Assembly: GCA_016700375.1 (NCBI GenBank)
Contig: CP065016.1
Span: 870,001 to 902,000 of the forward strand
Length of the DNA: 32,000 bases
Direction of reading: 5' to 3'
Origin: Candidatus Saccharimonadota bacterium
GTDB taxonomy: Bacteria; Patescibacteriota; Saccharimonadia; Saccharimonadales; UBA4665
Shown here: piece by piece, positions 24,372-31,480 of the stretch
Layout: each line of letters begins with the position of its first letter
Numbering within the stretch: the first letter of the stretch is position 1
Program-made: the position numbers and the translations under genes
Notes under the pieces: model-generated
What the model saw: the letters and a program-made list of their open reading frames with translations, nothing else
The model's database searches: none
What the model was told of the DNA's origin: nothing

Positions 24372-24952
24372 TTAAGGCTATCATCTTTGACTGTTTTGGA
24401 GTGCTTGTCGGGAAGGGTATATGGCGTACGTACGAATCGGCGGGCGGGAACCCGCTGTGCGACAAGGCATTTCTGGACGATATTATCTACCGTGAGTGCG
24501 CAGGGGAGGTGGACGAACAGACCTATAATGAGGCGTTTGCGGCTAAGTTGGGTATGTCACTTGAAGCATGGCTCGCGCATAAAAGGCGCGAGGAGCAGCC
24601 CAATCTCGAGCTATTTCGTTACATCGAAAGCGACTTAAAGCCGCACTACAAGGTTGGCTTTCTCGGTAATGTCGGGCACGGCGTCATAGAGCGGTTGATT
24701 CATTCGGAGCTTCGGGCGCTTTTTGATGTCGATATCCGTTCCGCCAATGTCGGCTTTCAGAAGCCCGACCCCCGCATCTATCAACTCGCGCTAGACAGAC
24801 TCGGAGTTTCGCCAGAAGAAGCAGTCTTCACTGACGACCACGAAGAATATCTTGTCGGGGCAGAAGGGCTCGGCATAAAAACCGTCAAATACAACGATTT
24901 GCCGACATTTCGAGCCAAACTTGAACAGATTCTTGCCCTGAATCTCACGTGA
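24368..24952 (+). CDS. HAD-like hydrolase
   Basis: MIKAIIFDCFGVL...FQKPDPRIY...FTDDHEEY. ATGA overlap with the upstream gene. Confidence 0.82.
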   Translation: MIKAIIFDCFGVLVGKGIWRTYESAGGNPLCDKAFLDDIIYRECAGEVDEQTYNEAFAAKLGMSLEAWLAHKRREEQPNLELFRYIESDLKPHYKVGFLGNVGHGVIERLIHSELRALFDVDIRSANVGFQKPDPRIYQLALDRLGVSPEEAVFTDDHEEYLVGAEGLGIKTVKYNDLPTFRAKLEQILALNLT

Positions 24953-24959
24953 TAGCGAC

Positions 24960-24999
24960 TAGTATCAATTCTGTCCCAGCTGGGACAGAATTGATACTA
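24960..24999. repeat. Palindromic repeat copy 3 (TAGTATCAATTCTGTCCCAG|CTGGGACAGAATTGATACTA)
   Basis: Perfect 40-bp palindrome between the convergent 3' ends of the HAD gene and corA. Confidence 0.95.
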
Positions 25000-25026
25000 A
25001 TATGAATCACCGTTGGGGTGCCGCTA

Positions 25027-25908
25027 CTAAAATATCCGCTTTTTGCGGCCAATGGCGTAGGCAGTAATAACGGTGATGAGACACACTACTATGAGACCGC
25101 CGAAGGCCTGTGTATTGCGTTGTTCAGGAAGGTCTATGTTCATGCCGTACATGCTGAAAAACATGGTTGGTATGGAAATAAACACGCTAACCATAGTGAG
25201 GATTTTGATAGTGCGGTCAAGATTGTGCGAGCCTATAAGCGTGTAGGTGCGGCGAATGGAGTTTAGCGACTTCAGGTTTGTTTCGCACGTTTGAATAGAT
25301 TGCTCGTTATTCAGTATAACTGTTTCGGCTAGCTCTCGGTGAGCGGCAAAGCCAGACACCGAGCTGCCGTTTAGGAGATGCCGAAGCGCCGCATTTGTTG
25401 GCACGAGTGAGCTGAGAAAATCATTCATGTCGTCTTCTATGTGAACAAAACGAATGAATGAACGTGGGCCGACCTCGCGGTTGCCGAGTCGCTCAAGCAG
25501 GCGGCGGATTTGGCCAGATAAGTCATGAATGAAACGGTCGTAGTCGGCATCTATCTTGAGCAGTATCAGCAGCATAAGGTGGACCGGGTCTCCACCGTCG
25601 CCGTCGCTAGCATCTTCTGGCAATATGTCCTGTATGCTCGGGAGCTTCTCGAGGCTGACGGTAATGAGCCGCTCGTCGTCCAGGGCAAACAAAATGGGCG
25701 CTGTTTGTATATCACCATCATCTGTTTGGTAGGCAAACCGTGTAATAACGTAGGTGTGGCTATGTTTGCCGGTGGTTTCGATTCGAGGAATTTCATCGCG
25801 GTCAAGGGCATCGCGCACAAACCGTTCCGAAAGGTTATATTTATCGCACAGGAGCTTTATTTCGTGCTCACTCGGTGACTCTGCATGTACCCACGCATTT
25901 CGTTGCAT
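25027..25908 (-). CDS. corA: CorA-family magnesium/cobalt transporter
   Basis: 293 aa with the YGMN motif (FFSMYGMNIDLPE) followed by a final TM helix. Confidence 0.92.
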   Translation of the reverse strand: MQRNAWVHAESPSEHEIKLLCDKYNLSERFVRDALDRDEIPRIETTGKHSHTYVITRFAYQTDDGDIQTAPILFALDDERLITVSLEKLPSIQDILPEDASDGDGGDPVHLMLLILLKIDADYDRFIHDLSGQIRRLLERLGNREVGPRSFIRFVHIEDDMNDFLSSLVPTNAALRHLLNGSSVSGFAAHRELAETVILNNEQSIQTCETNLKSLNSIRRTYTLIGSHNLDRTIKILTMVSVFISIPTMFFSMYGMNIDLPEQRNTQAFGGLIVVCLITVITAYAIGRKKRIF

Positions 25909-25914
25909 ACGATT

Positions 25915-25920
25915 AGTATA
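25915..25920 (-). promoter_or_regulatory. -10 TATACT, 6 nt upstream of corA ATG 25908
   Basis: Minus strand reads GATATACT-AATCGT-ATG. Confidence 0.5.
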
Positions 25921-26004
25921 TCGCGCTTACGGTAAAAACGCATTAGTACGACTGCGATGCGTCGCCTTGCCGCATTTTTATGTTGCGAAACGAAGCGACT
26001 GGAG

Positions 26005-26010
26005 TAGAAT
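26005..26010 (+). promoter_or_regulatory. -10 TAGAAT, 6 nt upstream of ATG 26017
   Basis: Reads TAGAAT-AGCAAG-ATG. Confidence 0.45.
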
Positions 26011-26016
26011 AGCAAG

Positions 26017-26925
26017 ATGATACAAGCGCAAAATCTGAGCAAAAAATACAAAAAGAAGCTAGCGGTAGATAGCCTAACTTTTACGGTTGAGCCGGGAAAA
26101 GTAACGGGCTTTTTGGGGCCAAACGGCTCTGGCAAGTCGACTACGATGCGGCTTATGCTTGGGCTAGACAAAGGCGGGGGCAAAACCCTCTTTGACGAGA
26201 AGCCGCTATATGACCATATGCATCCCTCGAAGGTTGTTGGGATACTGCTAGAGGCAAAGGCATTTCACCCAACTCGCTCGGCACGGAACCACTTGCGCGT
26301 TTTGGCCGACGCGGGCGGTATAGCGCAAGAACGAGTCGATGAGGTTCTCGACATTGTCGGACTTGCAGACGTTGCCAAAAAGGGTCCGGGTAAATTCAGC
26401 CTTGGTATGAGTCAGCGACTCGGGATTGCTGCAGCTATACTGGGTGAGCCGAAGTATCTCATACTCGATGAACCCGCCAATGGCCTCGACCCCGAAGGTA
26501 TAGCCTGGTTGCGCCAGTTTATCAAAGACTACGCAGACAAGGGCAATGCTGTGTTTGTTTCGAGTCACTTGCTAAGCGAAATGGCGCAAATGGCAGACGA
26601 CGTGGTAGTGATAGGCAAAGGCAAATTTATAGCAGAGGGCTCCATAAAAGAACTGGTGGCCGGGAGCGCGCACGCCGGCGTATTTGTGAGAAGCGTAAAT
26701 GAGGTGAAGCTTAAGAAGGCATTTCAGGCATCCCGGGTGAAATTTACCGCTCAGGATGATGGATTTAAAGTATCTGGCAAGACGACGGATGAAGTCGGCC
26801 AGCTTCTTTTTAAAGCCGGGCTGCCTGTGCTGGAGCTTGCCCGGCAGGACGCATCACTTGAGGAAGCATTTTTGGAGCTTACGGCTGGAACCGAAGAATT
26901 TTCTGCAAAAGGAGGCAAGAAATGA
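26017..26925 (+). CDS. ABC transporter ATP-binding protein
   Basis: GPNGSGKST, SLGMSQRLGIA, ILDEPANGLD. Confidence 0.95.
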   Translation: MIQAQNLSKKYKKKLAVDSLTFTVEPGKVTGFLGPNGSGKSTTMRLMLGLDKGGGKTLFDEKPLYDHMHPSKVVGILLEAKAFHPTRSARNHLRVLADAGGIAQERVDEVLDIVGLADVAKKGPGKFSLGMSQRLGIAAAILGEPKYLILDEPANGLDPEGIAWLRQFIKDYADKGNAVFVSSHLLSEMAQMADDVVVIGKGKFIAEGSIKELVAGSAHAGVFVRSVNEVKLKKAFQASRVKFTAQDDGFKVSGKTTDEVGQLLFKAGLPVLELARQDASLEEAFLELTAGTEEFSAKGGKK

Positions 26926-27659
26926 TGTCTGCACTACGCTCCGAGTTTCGTAAGCTGATTACACTTCGTTCTACATATGTCATATTGGGGTTAGGCCTTT
27001 TGCTTGTCATACTTATGGACGGCTGGGTAAACGGGTATAAGCACTTGGAGGGCATTGGTAGCGGCTTTCTGGCAAGGATTATCACATCTACCATACAGGG
27101 TACGAGTTTTTTGCTTGGCCTTCTAATATTGCTGCAGATTACGCAAGAATATCGACATAATACCATTTATCACACGCTAACCCTTATTCGCCGCCGAAAA
27201 ACTGTCGTTTTTGCGAAAGCTATTGTCGCTTCACTGACTATGTTGGCGGGTGCAGGCGTGTTTATCTTGGTCGGGGTTGCATGTGGGGTAGCTGGGCTGG
27301 CGGCGAGCGGCGAGACCATGGGTGCGCAAAGCATTGCTTGGGGTGATATTGTGGCGAAAGGTGCAATGTATATATGGGGAGCCGGTATGTTTGCTCTTAT
27401 TTTGGGCCTATTGTTACGAAATCAAGTAAGTGTGATTGTGATGTATTTGTTTGGAGTTAACATTGCTGAACAGCTTCTCAGCCTGCTACTAAAGTCAAAT
27501 GCCGGATACCTGCCGTTTAGGGCGCTCGAAGGCGTGATAGTGCAGCCAAACATCCCGGGTCTGTTTAGTTCAGAGAAGTCCATGGTAATAGTGCTTGCTT
27601 GGATTGTAGCAGGGGGAGCAGCCGCGTGGTTCTTCTTTGAAAGGCGCGACGCGAACTAG
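26922..27659 (+). CDS. ABC-2 type transporter permease
   Basis: 245 aa with six predicted TM helices. ATGA overlap with the ATPase gene. Confidence 0.8.
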   Translation: MMSALRSEFRKLITLRSTYVILGLGLLLVILMDGWVNGYKHLEGIGSGFLARIITSTIQGTSFLLGLLILLQITQEYRHNTIYHTLTLIRRRKTVVFAKAIVASLTMLAGAGVFILVGVACGVAGLAASGETMGAQSIAWGDIVAKGAMYIWGAGMFALILGLLLRNQVSVIVMYLFGVNIAEQLLSLLLKSNAGYLPFRALEGVIVQPNIPGLFSSEKSMVIVLAWIVAGGAAAWFFFERRDAN

Positions 27660-27692
27660 TCTTTGTCACCTCTGTGAAAAATAGATTAGATT

Positions 27693-27701
27693 TGCTATAC
27701 T
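27693..27701 (+). promoter_or_regulatory. Extended -10 TGcTATACT upstream of tRNA(CAT)
   Basis: Lies 26 nt upstream of the mature tRNA 5' end. Confidence 0.5.
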
Positions 27702-27726
27702 ATCTCGCAGCTTCGGGATTTCTGTA

Positions 27727-27802
27727 GGGGGCGTAGCTCAGTGGTTAGAGCAGTCGGCTCATAACTGATTGGTCGTAGGTTCAAGTCCTACCGCCCCCAC
27801 CA
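27727..27802 (+). tRNA. tRNA with CAT anticodon: elongator Met or lysidine-dependent Ile2 (CCA encoded)
   Basis: GGGGGCG/CGCCCCC acceptor, D arm GCTC-AGTGGTTA-GAGC, anticodon loop CTCATAA, T arm GTAGG-TTCAAGT-CCTAC. By recollection the AGAGCAG.CGGCTCATAA...TGGTCG body resembles ileX-type tRNAs; this is not decisive. Confidence 0.9.
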
Positions 27803-27829
27803 TAAGTCTCGAAGCGTTGTTTACAGGGG

Positions 27830-27838
27830 TGGTATACT
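27830..27838 (+). promoter_or_regulatory. Extended -10 TGgTATACT, 6 nt upstream of GTG 27845
   Basis: Reads TGGTATACT-AGAGGG-GTG. Confidence 0.45.
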
Positions 27839-27844
27839 AGAGGG

Positions 27845-28315
27845 GTGAAGCTAAAGACAAACATCATCAACAAATGGTACCGCTACGAAGAGCCGGTAAG
27901 GGCCTACATACTCAGTTTGCGCGATGTACGCAATGTTGGTTCGTTGGCATTTGTGGTGCTTGTGCTTCTTATAAGTTGGAGCGGAACCAAGGCCATACAA
28001 ACGAACTACAGCCTTCAGCAGCAGGTAGCTCGTATGCAGCAGCAAAACGAGGTGAAAAAGCTGCAAAATGAGACCCAGAAACTAGAGAACAACTACTACA
28101 CTACCAGCCAATACCGCGAGGTGGCAGCACGGCAAAACTTTGGCCTCGCGTCTCCGGGTGAAACGGTGCTGCTTGTACCAAAAGAGACAGCACTTGCCAA
28201 CACGGTGGCGGTGCCAGAAAGCGAAGATAAAGAACAGCCTGCTAAAAACAAGCCGTTTTACCAAGAAAATTTCGAATCATGGATTGATTTCTTCTTCCAC
28301 CGGACGAACACTTGA
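27845..28315 (+). CDS. Septum formation initiator family protein (FtsB/DivIC-like)
   Basis: TM is GSLAFVVLVLLISW, followed by a coiled coil (LQQQVARMQQQNEVKKLQNETQKLEN) and YREVAARQNFGLASPGE. Confidence 0.8.
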   Translation: MKLKTNIINKWYRYEEPVRAYILSLRDVRNVGSLAFVVLVLLISWSGTKAIQTNYSLQQQVARMQQQNEVKKLQNETQKLENNYYTTSQYREVAARQNFGLASPGETVLLVPKETALANTVAVPESEDKEQPAKNKPFYQENFESWIDFFFHRTNT

Positions 28316-28414
28316 TAGGCCAACGTTTCAAACTCAGGTCAACACCGTGCTACAGTATATACGATGCGGTGACCGAGAATAGGTGATTGCCCGGAACGGC
28401 AATAACGGCACGTT

Positions 28415-29420
28415 ATGACCGCCCCGCATCTCCAAACTATGACTGCACAAGAATATATAGAGTCATCACTTGAACAATTGGCTATGCCGGTTGAAGTCGT
28501 TGACAATATAAATGCATCGAATATTAACGAGATTCTTTTTCGGCTATTAACAACGAAAAAATTTCGCAAATATTCTCTGAATGATGACTATGTAGCGCAC
28601 ATTAAAAAATCAATCGCTGCCAGTGTCGAGGCAAACGAGCCGATAAAAGTGATATTTTTTCGGCGGTTGCTATAAGCTATGGCGGCTCGAAGAATCGCCC
28701 GAAGCTGACTGGACAGAGGTTTTTGCCTATATGTACTATACGCAGTGGCTCAAACCGATATGTGCAGTATATAAACCGGGGCTATGGTTTGACTTCCTTC
28801 TTGATGACTACATAGTGCCGAGACTTAACAATATTTCCGAGGAAGACGTAGAATCATACCGGGCGAGCCGCGACGCGGTTTTATCATTTGTACGACCCTT
28901 TCAGCCAGCAAACCTGACGCTGACACATACGGGAGTGGGCAGTCTATTTACATCAAGAGAACACTACGAAACTTCTCTTGATAGATCAGTATCAGAGCTT
29001 GCAAAAACACTTCCGAATGGTCTGCCGCAGCTGAGTGAAGCCGAAAGGGCGTCCGTAGAACTCAATACGCGCGTGACCCCAGAACAGCAAAGGGATCCAC
29101 TTTGGCGCGAAAAGGTCGAGCTCTTGCATAGGGCTTACTATCTCGCGCGGAATGAAACAGGTTACTATGCCCCAGAAACAAATAAAATCATTGCATTTAC
29201 ACAGCCGTTTGCACCTGGCAGGCCACTGGCTGTCGGGTCTACAAAGGATACGGTTGCTAAATACTGGGCAGGTGCCGGCGCGCTGAAGAGGACAGTTAAT
29301 GCCTATCGTCCGCTGGTGTTATCACCAAAGCAACTTAGCGGGACAGAGTCTACGTGGGATAATACGACATTTCCTCAACTTTCGGGCAAAAACTTCAGCC
29401 GCGTTCGAGTGATTGCATAG
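28415..29420 (+). pseudogene. Hypothetical enzyme-like protein split by a +1 frameshift in a T6 run
   Basis: ORF 28415..28675 (...ANEPIKVIFF) continues in the +1 frame as GGCYKLWRLEESPEADWTEVFAYMYYTQWLKPICAVYKPG... (ORF 28731..29420). The second frame opens at 28653. T6 run at 28655-28660. Confidence 0.75.
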
Positions 29421-29421
29421 T

Positions 29422-29450
29422 TTGACTTTTGTTTACACCTCTGTTAAACT
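29422..29450 (+). promoter_or_regulatory. Sigma70-type promoter of tRNA-fMet (TTGACT-17 nt-TGtTAAACT)
   Basis: -35 at 29422-29427, 17-nt spacer, extended -10 at 29442-29450. The tRNA starts at 29481. Confidence 0.6.
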
Positions 29451-29480
29451 TGTATCTAACGTTTAGAACCGTTCAGTCGC

Positions 29481-29555
29481 CGCGGGATGGAGCAGCGGCA
29501 GCTCGCATGGCTCATAACCATGAGGTCCCAGGTTCGAGTCCTGGTCCCGCAACCA
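29481..29555 (+). tRNA. Initiator tRNA-fMet (CAT), CCA encoded
   Basis: C1.A72 mismatch (CGCGGGA/TCCCGCA), A11:T24 in the D stem, anticodon loop CTCATAA with GG/CC closing pairs, T arm CCAGG-TTCGAGT-CCTGG. Confidence 0.94.
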
Positions 29556-29592
29556 AGAAAAATGTCTCACCGAAGGTGGGGCGTTTTTCTTG
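29554..29592 (+). terminator. 18-bp-stem hairpin starting inside the tRNA CCA end (T1)
   Basis: CAAGAAAAATGTCTCACC-GAA-GGTGGGGCGTTTTTCTTG. Confidence 0.7.
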
Positions 29593-29597
29593 TTGTA

Positions 29598-29739
29598 GGC
29601 CAAGACTTGAAGCTGGGACCAGCAGCGACGCAGTCGATGCGTAGGCCCCGGGTTCGTTCATGACGAATGCGCGCAGAAGCTTGCTTCGAGCACATGAGGA
29701 ATGGCTGCCAATAGCAGCGCCCCTGGTCCCGCAACCAAG
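29598..29739 (+). repeat. tRNA-fMet-derived tandem unit A, ending in the exact 18-nt tRNA 3' end CCTGGTCCCGCAACCAAG
   Basis: 18-mer at 29722-29739 is identical to 29540-29557. The body shares AGCAGCG and AGGnCCCnGGTTCG with the tRNA but has no anticodon arm. Internal hairpins at 29628-42, 29653-67, 29676-87 and 29704-18. Confidence 0.85.
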
Positions 29740-29778
29740 TTAAAACCCCAGTGTCAACTGGGGTTTTAACTTGGTTTT
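29735..29778 (+). terminator. Perfect 18-bp-stem hairpin + TTTT (T2)
   Basis: CCAAGTTAAAACCCCAGT-GTCA-ACTGGGGTTTTAACTTGG-TTTT. Confidence 0.75.
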
Positions 29779-29919
29779 GGCCAAGATGCGAACCTGGGAC
29801 TAGCACGCGAATGCGTGCGTGGTCACTGGTTCGACGCCAACGAAGTCGCGCGCAGAAACTTGTTTCGAGCACGACATAGTGCGAAAGCCAAAGGCTTTGC
29901 CCCTGGTCCCGCAACCAAG
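29779..29919 (+). repeat. tRNA-fMet-derived tandem unit B, ending in the exact 18-nt tRNA 3' end
   Basis: 18-mer at 29902-29919. Collinear with unit A: GGCCAAGA, CTGGGAC, GGTTCG, CGCGCGCAGAA, TTCGAGCAC, with hairpins at the same positions but different sequence. Confidence 0.85.
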
Positions 29920-29954
29920 TAAAAAGCCGGTCTTTCGACCGACTCTTTACTTGG
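29915..29954 (+). terminator. Imperfect long hairpin (T3) at the same position relative to the 18-mer
   Basis: CCAAGTAAAAAGCCGGTC-TTTC-GACCGACTCTTTACTTGG. Confidence 0.55.
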
Positions 29955-30080
29955 TTCTGAGGTTCAGATTCGAGCCAAAAAGGTTCGGCGGAGTGAGGAC
30001 GCGAGCAGTCCGTCAGCTGACGGACGAGCACGCCGCAGCGGAGAAGGACGAAGTCCGCTGTCCTGGTCCCGCCCCCAAAA
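29955..30080 (+). repeat. Degenerate third unit C, ending in a partial copy CCTGGTCCCGCcccca
   Basis: CCTGGTCCCGC at 30062-30072. Retains GGTTCGgCG...CGCGaGCAG-[hairpin GTCCGTCAGCTGACGGAC]-CGAGCAC-[hairpin CAGCGGA/TCCGCTG]. Confidence 0.65.
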
Positions 30081-30158
30081 CTTACGACCGCCGCTCCCCA
30101 TGCGATAAATCACCTCATATTTACTTCGGGGATATGTCGTAAACCATAGGTAGTTCGA

Positions 30159-31352
30159 CTACTCTGAACCAACATGCTTTCTGCGAATTGTAAACACAAA
30201 CAAGCTCATGAACATGCTTAGCACAAGCAAGATATATGTCGCGGAAAATACCGAACTTTGTTCACTCACATAACCAAAAAGTAGCGCTAAAGGAATAATA
30301 AGGGCGCGGCCAAATGTACTAGTGGCTGAAACAGCGCTTGCGCGTATGTGGGAGGGTAGTAGGTCGTGCAGAACACTGGTGAGTGCAATCGCCAGAGCCA
30401 CTAATGTGCCTATCACTACAAATTGCAGGAGTACCACAATAAATAGTTGCTTTACAAATACAAGACCGCATAAGCTCACCACTAAACACACAACAAACAA
30501 CACCATTCGTTTGCGAGAGGCAATGTGTAGATGTTGCGCAAACCAGCCGCCAAATCCAATGGCCGCGTACAGCAAAGCCCCCGCGAACCCAAAGAATCCG
30601 GTCGGAGCGTTGAGTGTTATGAGCCACAACTGAGCAAACTCAAACATCATGAAAAGAACAGTTGTTTTTATAACGAGGGATATGACGACTGGTAGGGCAT
30701 ACCCTCTGCGCGTGACAACACGAAATGTTTCTCGAACCTGCGCGCCCAGTAGTTGCCTGCGATGTTTATGCAGCTGTGGTTCGCGGAATAGCAACAGGGC
30801 GGTGACAGCGAGGAGTGCGAACGGGATGGAGAGAAAGTACGTTTCGCGCAGGCCTAACCGTGTTGCAACGAACGTACTAACGAGCCCACCCAGAACAAGA
30901 CCTGCACTATCGGCTATTTGAATACGACCGTAGATTTTCCGGTAGAGAGCAGGTGATTGTTTTTCCTCTGCCAATGTATCGTATACGATTGATTCATACA
31001 TGCCGGCATAGCAGGCGTAAAAAACGCCCCATAAAATAGCACAAAGCAAGTACAGGCCTATGCCATTACTGACGCCACCAACAAAGGCGGCACCGGCAAG
31101 TGCGAAGCTAGCTAATATGAGGACACCTTTCCGACTCCACCGGTCGGCCAACAGACCCGACGGCATGTCTATAAGCAGCATTACTGCCGAATACACCGCT
31201 ACCATAAACCCAATATCTGCATCACTGAACCCAATGCTACGCATAAAAAGCTTCTCTGCAGCGTACCACAGCACAAAACTCTGAAAAAACGCAGCAACGT
31301 AGAGCGGCCGCAGTCGGGTATTGAGAGAGACATTAGGTTGTTGCTGTTTCAT
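30159..31352 (-). CDS. MFS transporter
   Basis: 397 aa, about 12 TM helices, with an MFS-type loop motif (GLLADRWSRKG). Confidence 0.88.
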   Translation of the reverse strand: MKQQQPNVSLNTRLRPLYVAAFFQSFVLWYAAEKLFMRSIGFSDADIGFMVAVYSAVMLLIDMPSGLLADRWSRKGVLILASFALAGAAFVGGVSNGIGLYLLCAILWGVFYACYAGMYESIVYDTLAEEKQSPALYRKIYGRIQIADSAGLVLGGLVSTFVATRLGLRETYFLSIPFALLAVTALLLFREPQLHKHRRQLLGAQVRETFRVVTRRGYALPVVISLVIKTTVLFMMFEFAQLWLITLNAPTGFFGFAGALLYAAIGFGGWFAQHLHIASRKRMVLFVVCLVVSLCGLVFVKQLFIVVLLQFVVIGTLVALAIALTSVLHDLLPSHIRASAVSATSTFGRALIIPLALLFGYVSEQSSVFSATYILLVLSMFMSLFVFTIRRKHVGSE

Positions 31353-31480
31353 ATAAATGCTTAGTTAGTATACCAATATGCCTTAAACGCTCATACGGCA
31401 TTTTACCGCAAAGCAAAGCATAGCAATTTATTCTAGAATGATATACAACGGTGTATAGTTAAACTATAAGAGGAGGTCAC

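Noticed and set aside
29567-30031. 154-aa minus-strand ORF spanning the tRNA-derived repeat array
   Set aside because: Its 'repeats' (TWLRDQG...) are only the translation of the reiterated tRNA 3'-end sequence. It has no SD or promoter, an implausible composition, and it runs antisense through three hairpin terminators.
29540-30072. Regularly spaced identical 18-mers considered as a possible CRISPR-like array
   Set aside because: The repeat is the 3' end of the adjacent tRNA. The spacing (~180 bp) is far larger than CRISPR repeat-spacer periodicity. The 'spacers' are homologous to one another, and no cas genes are present.
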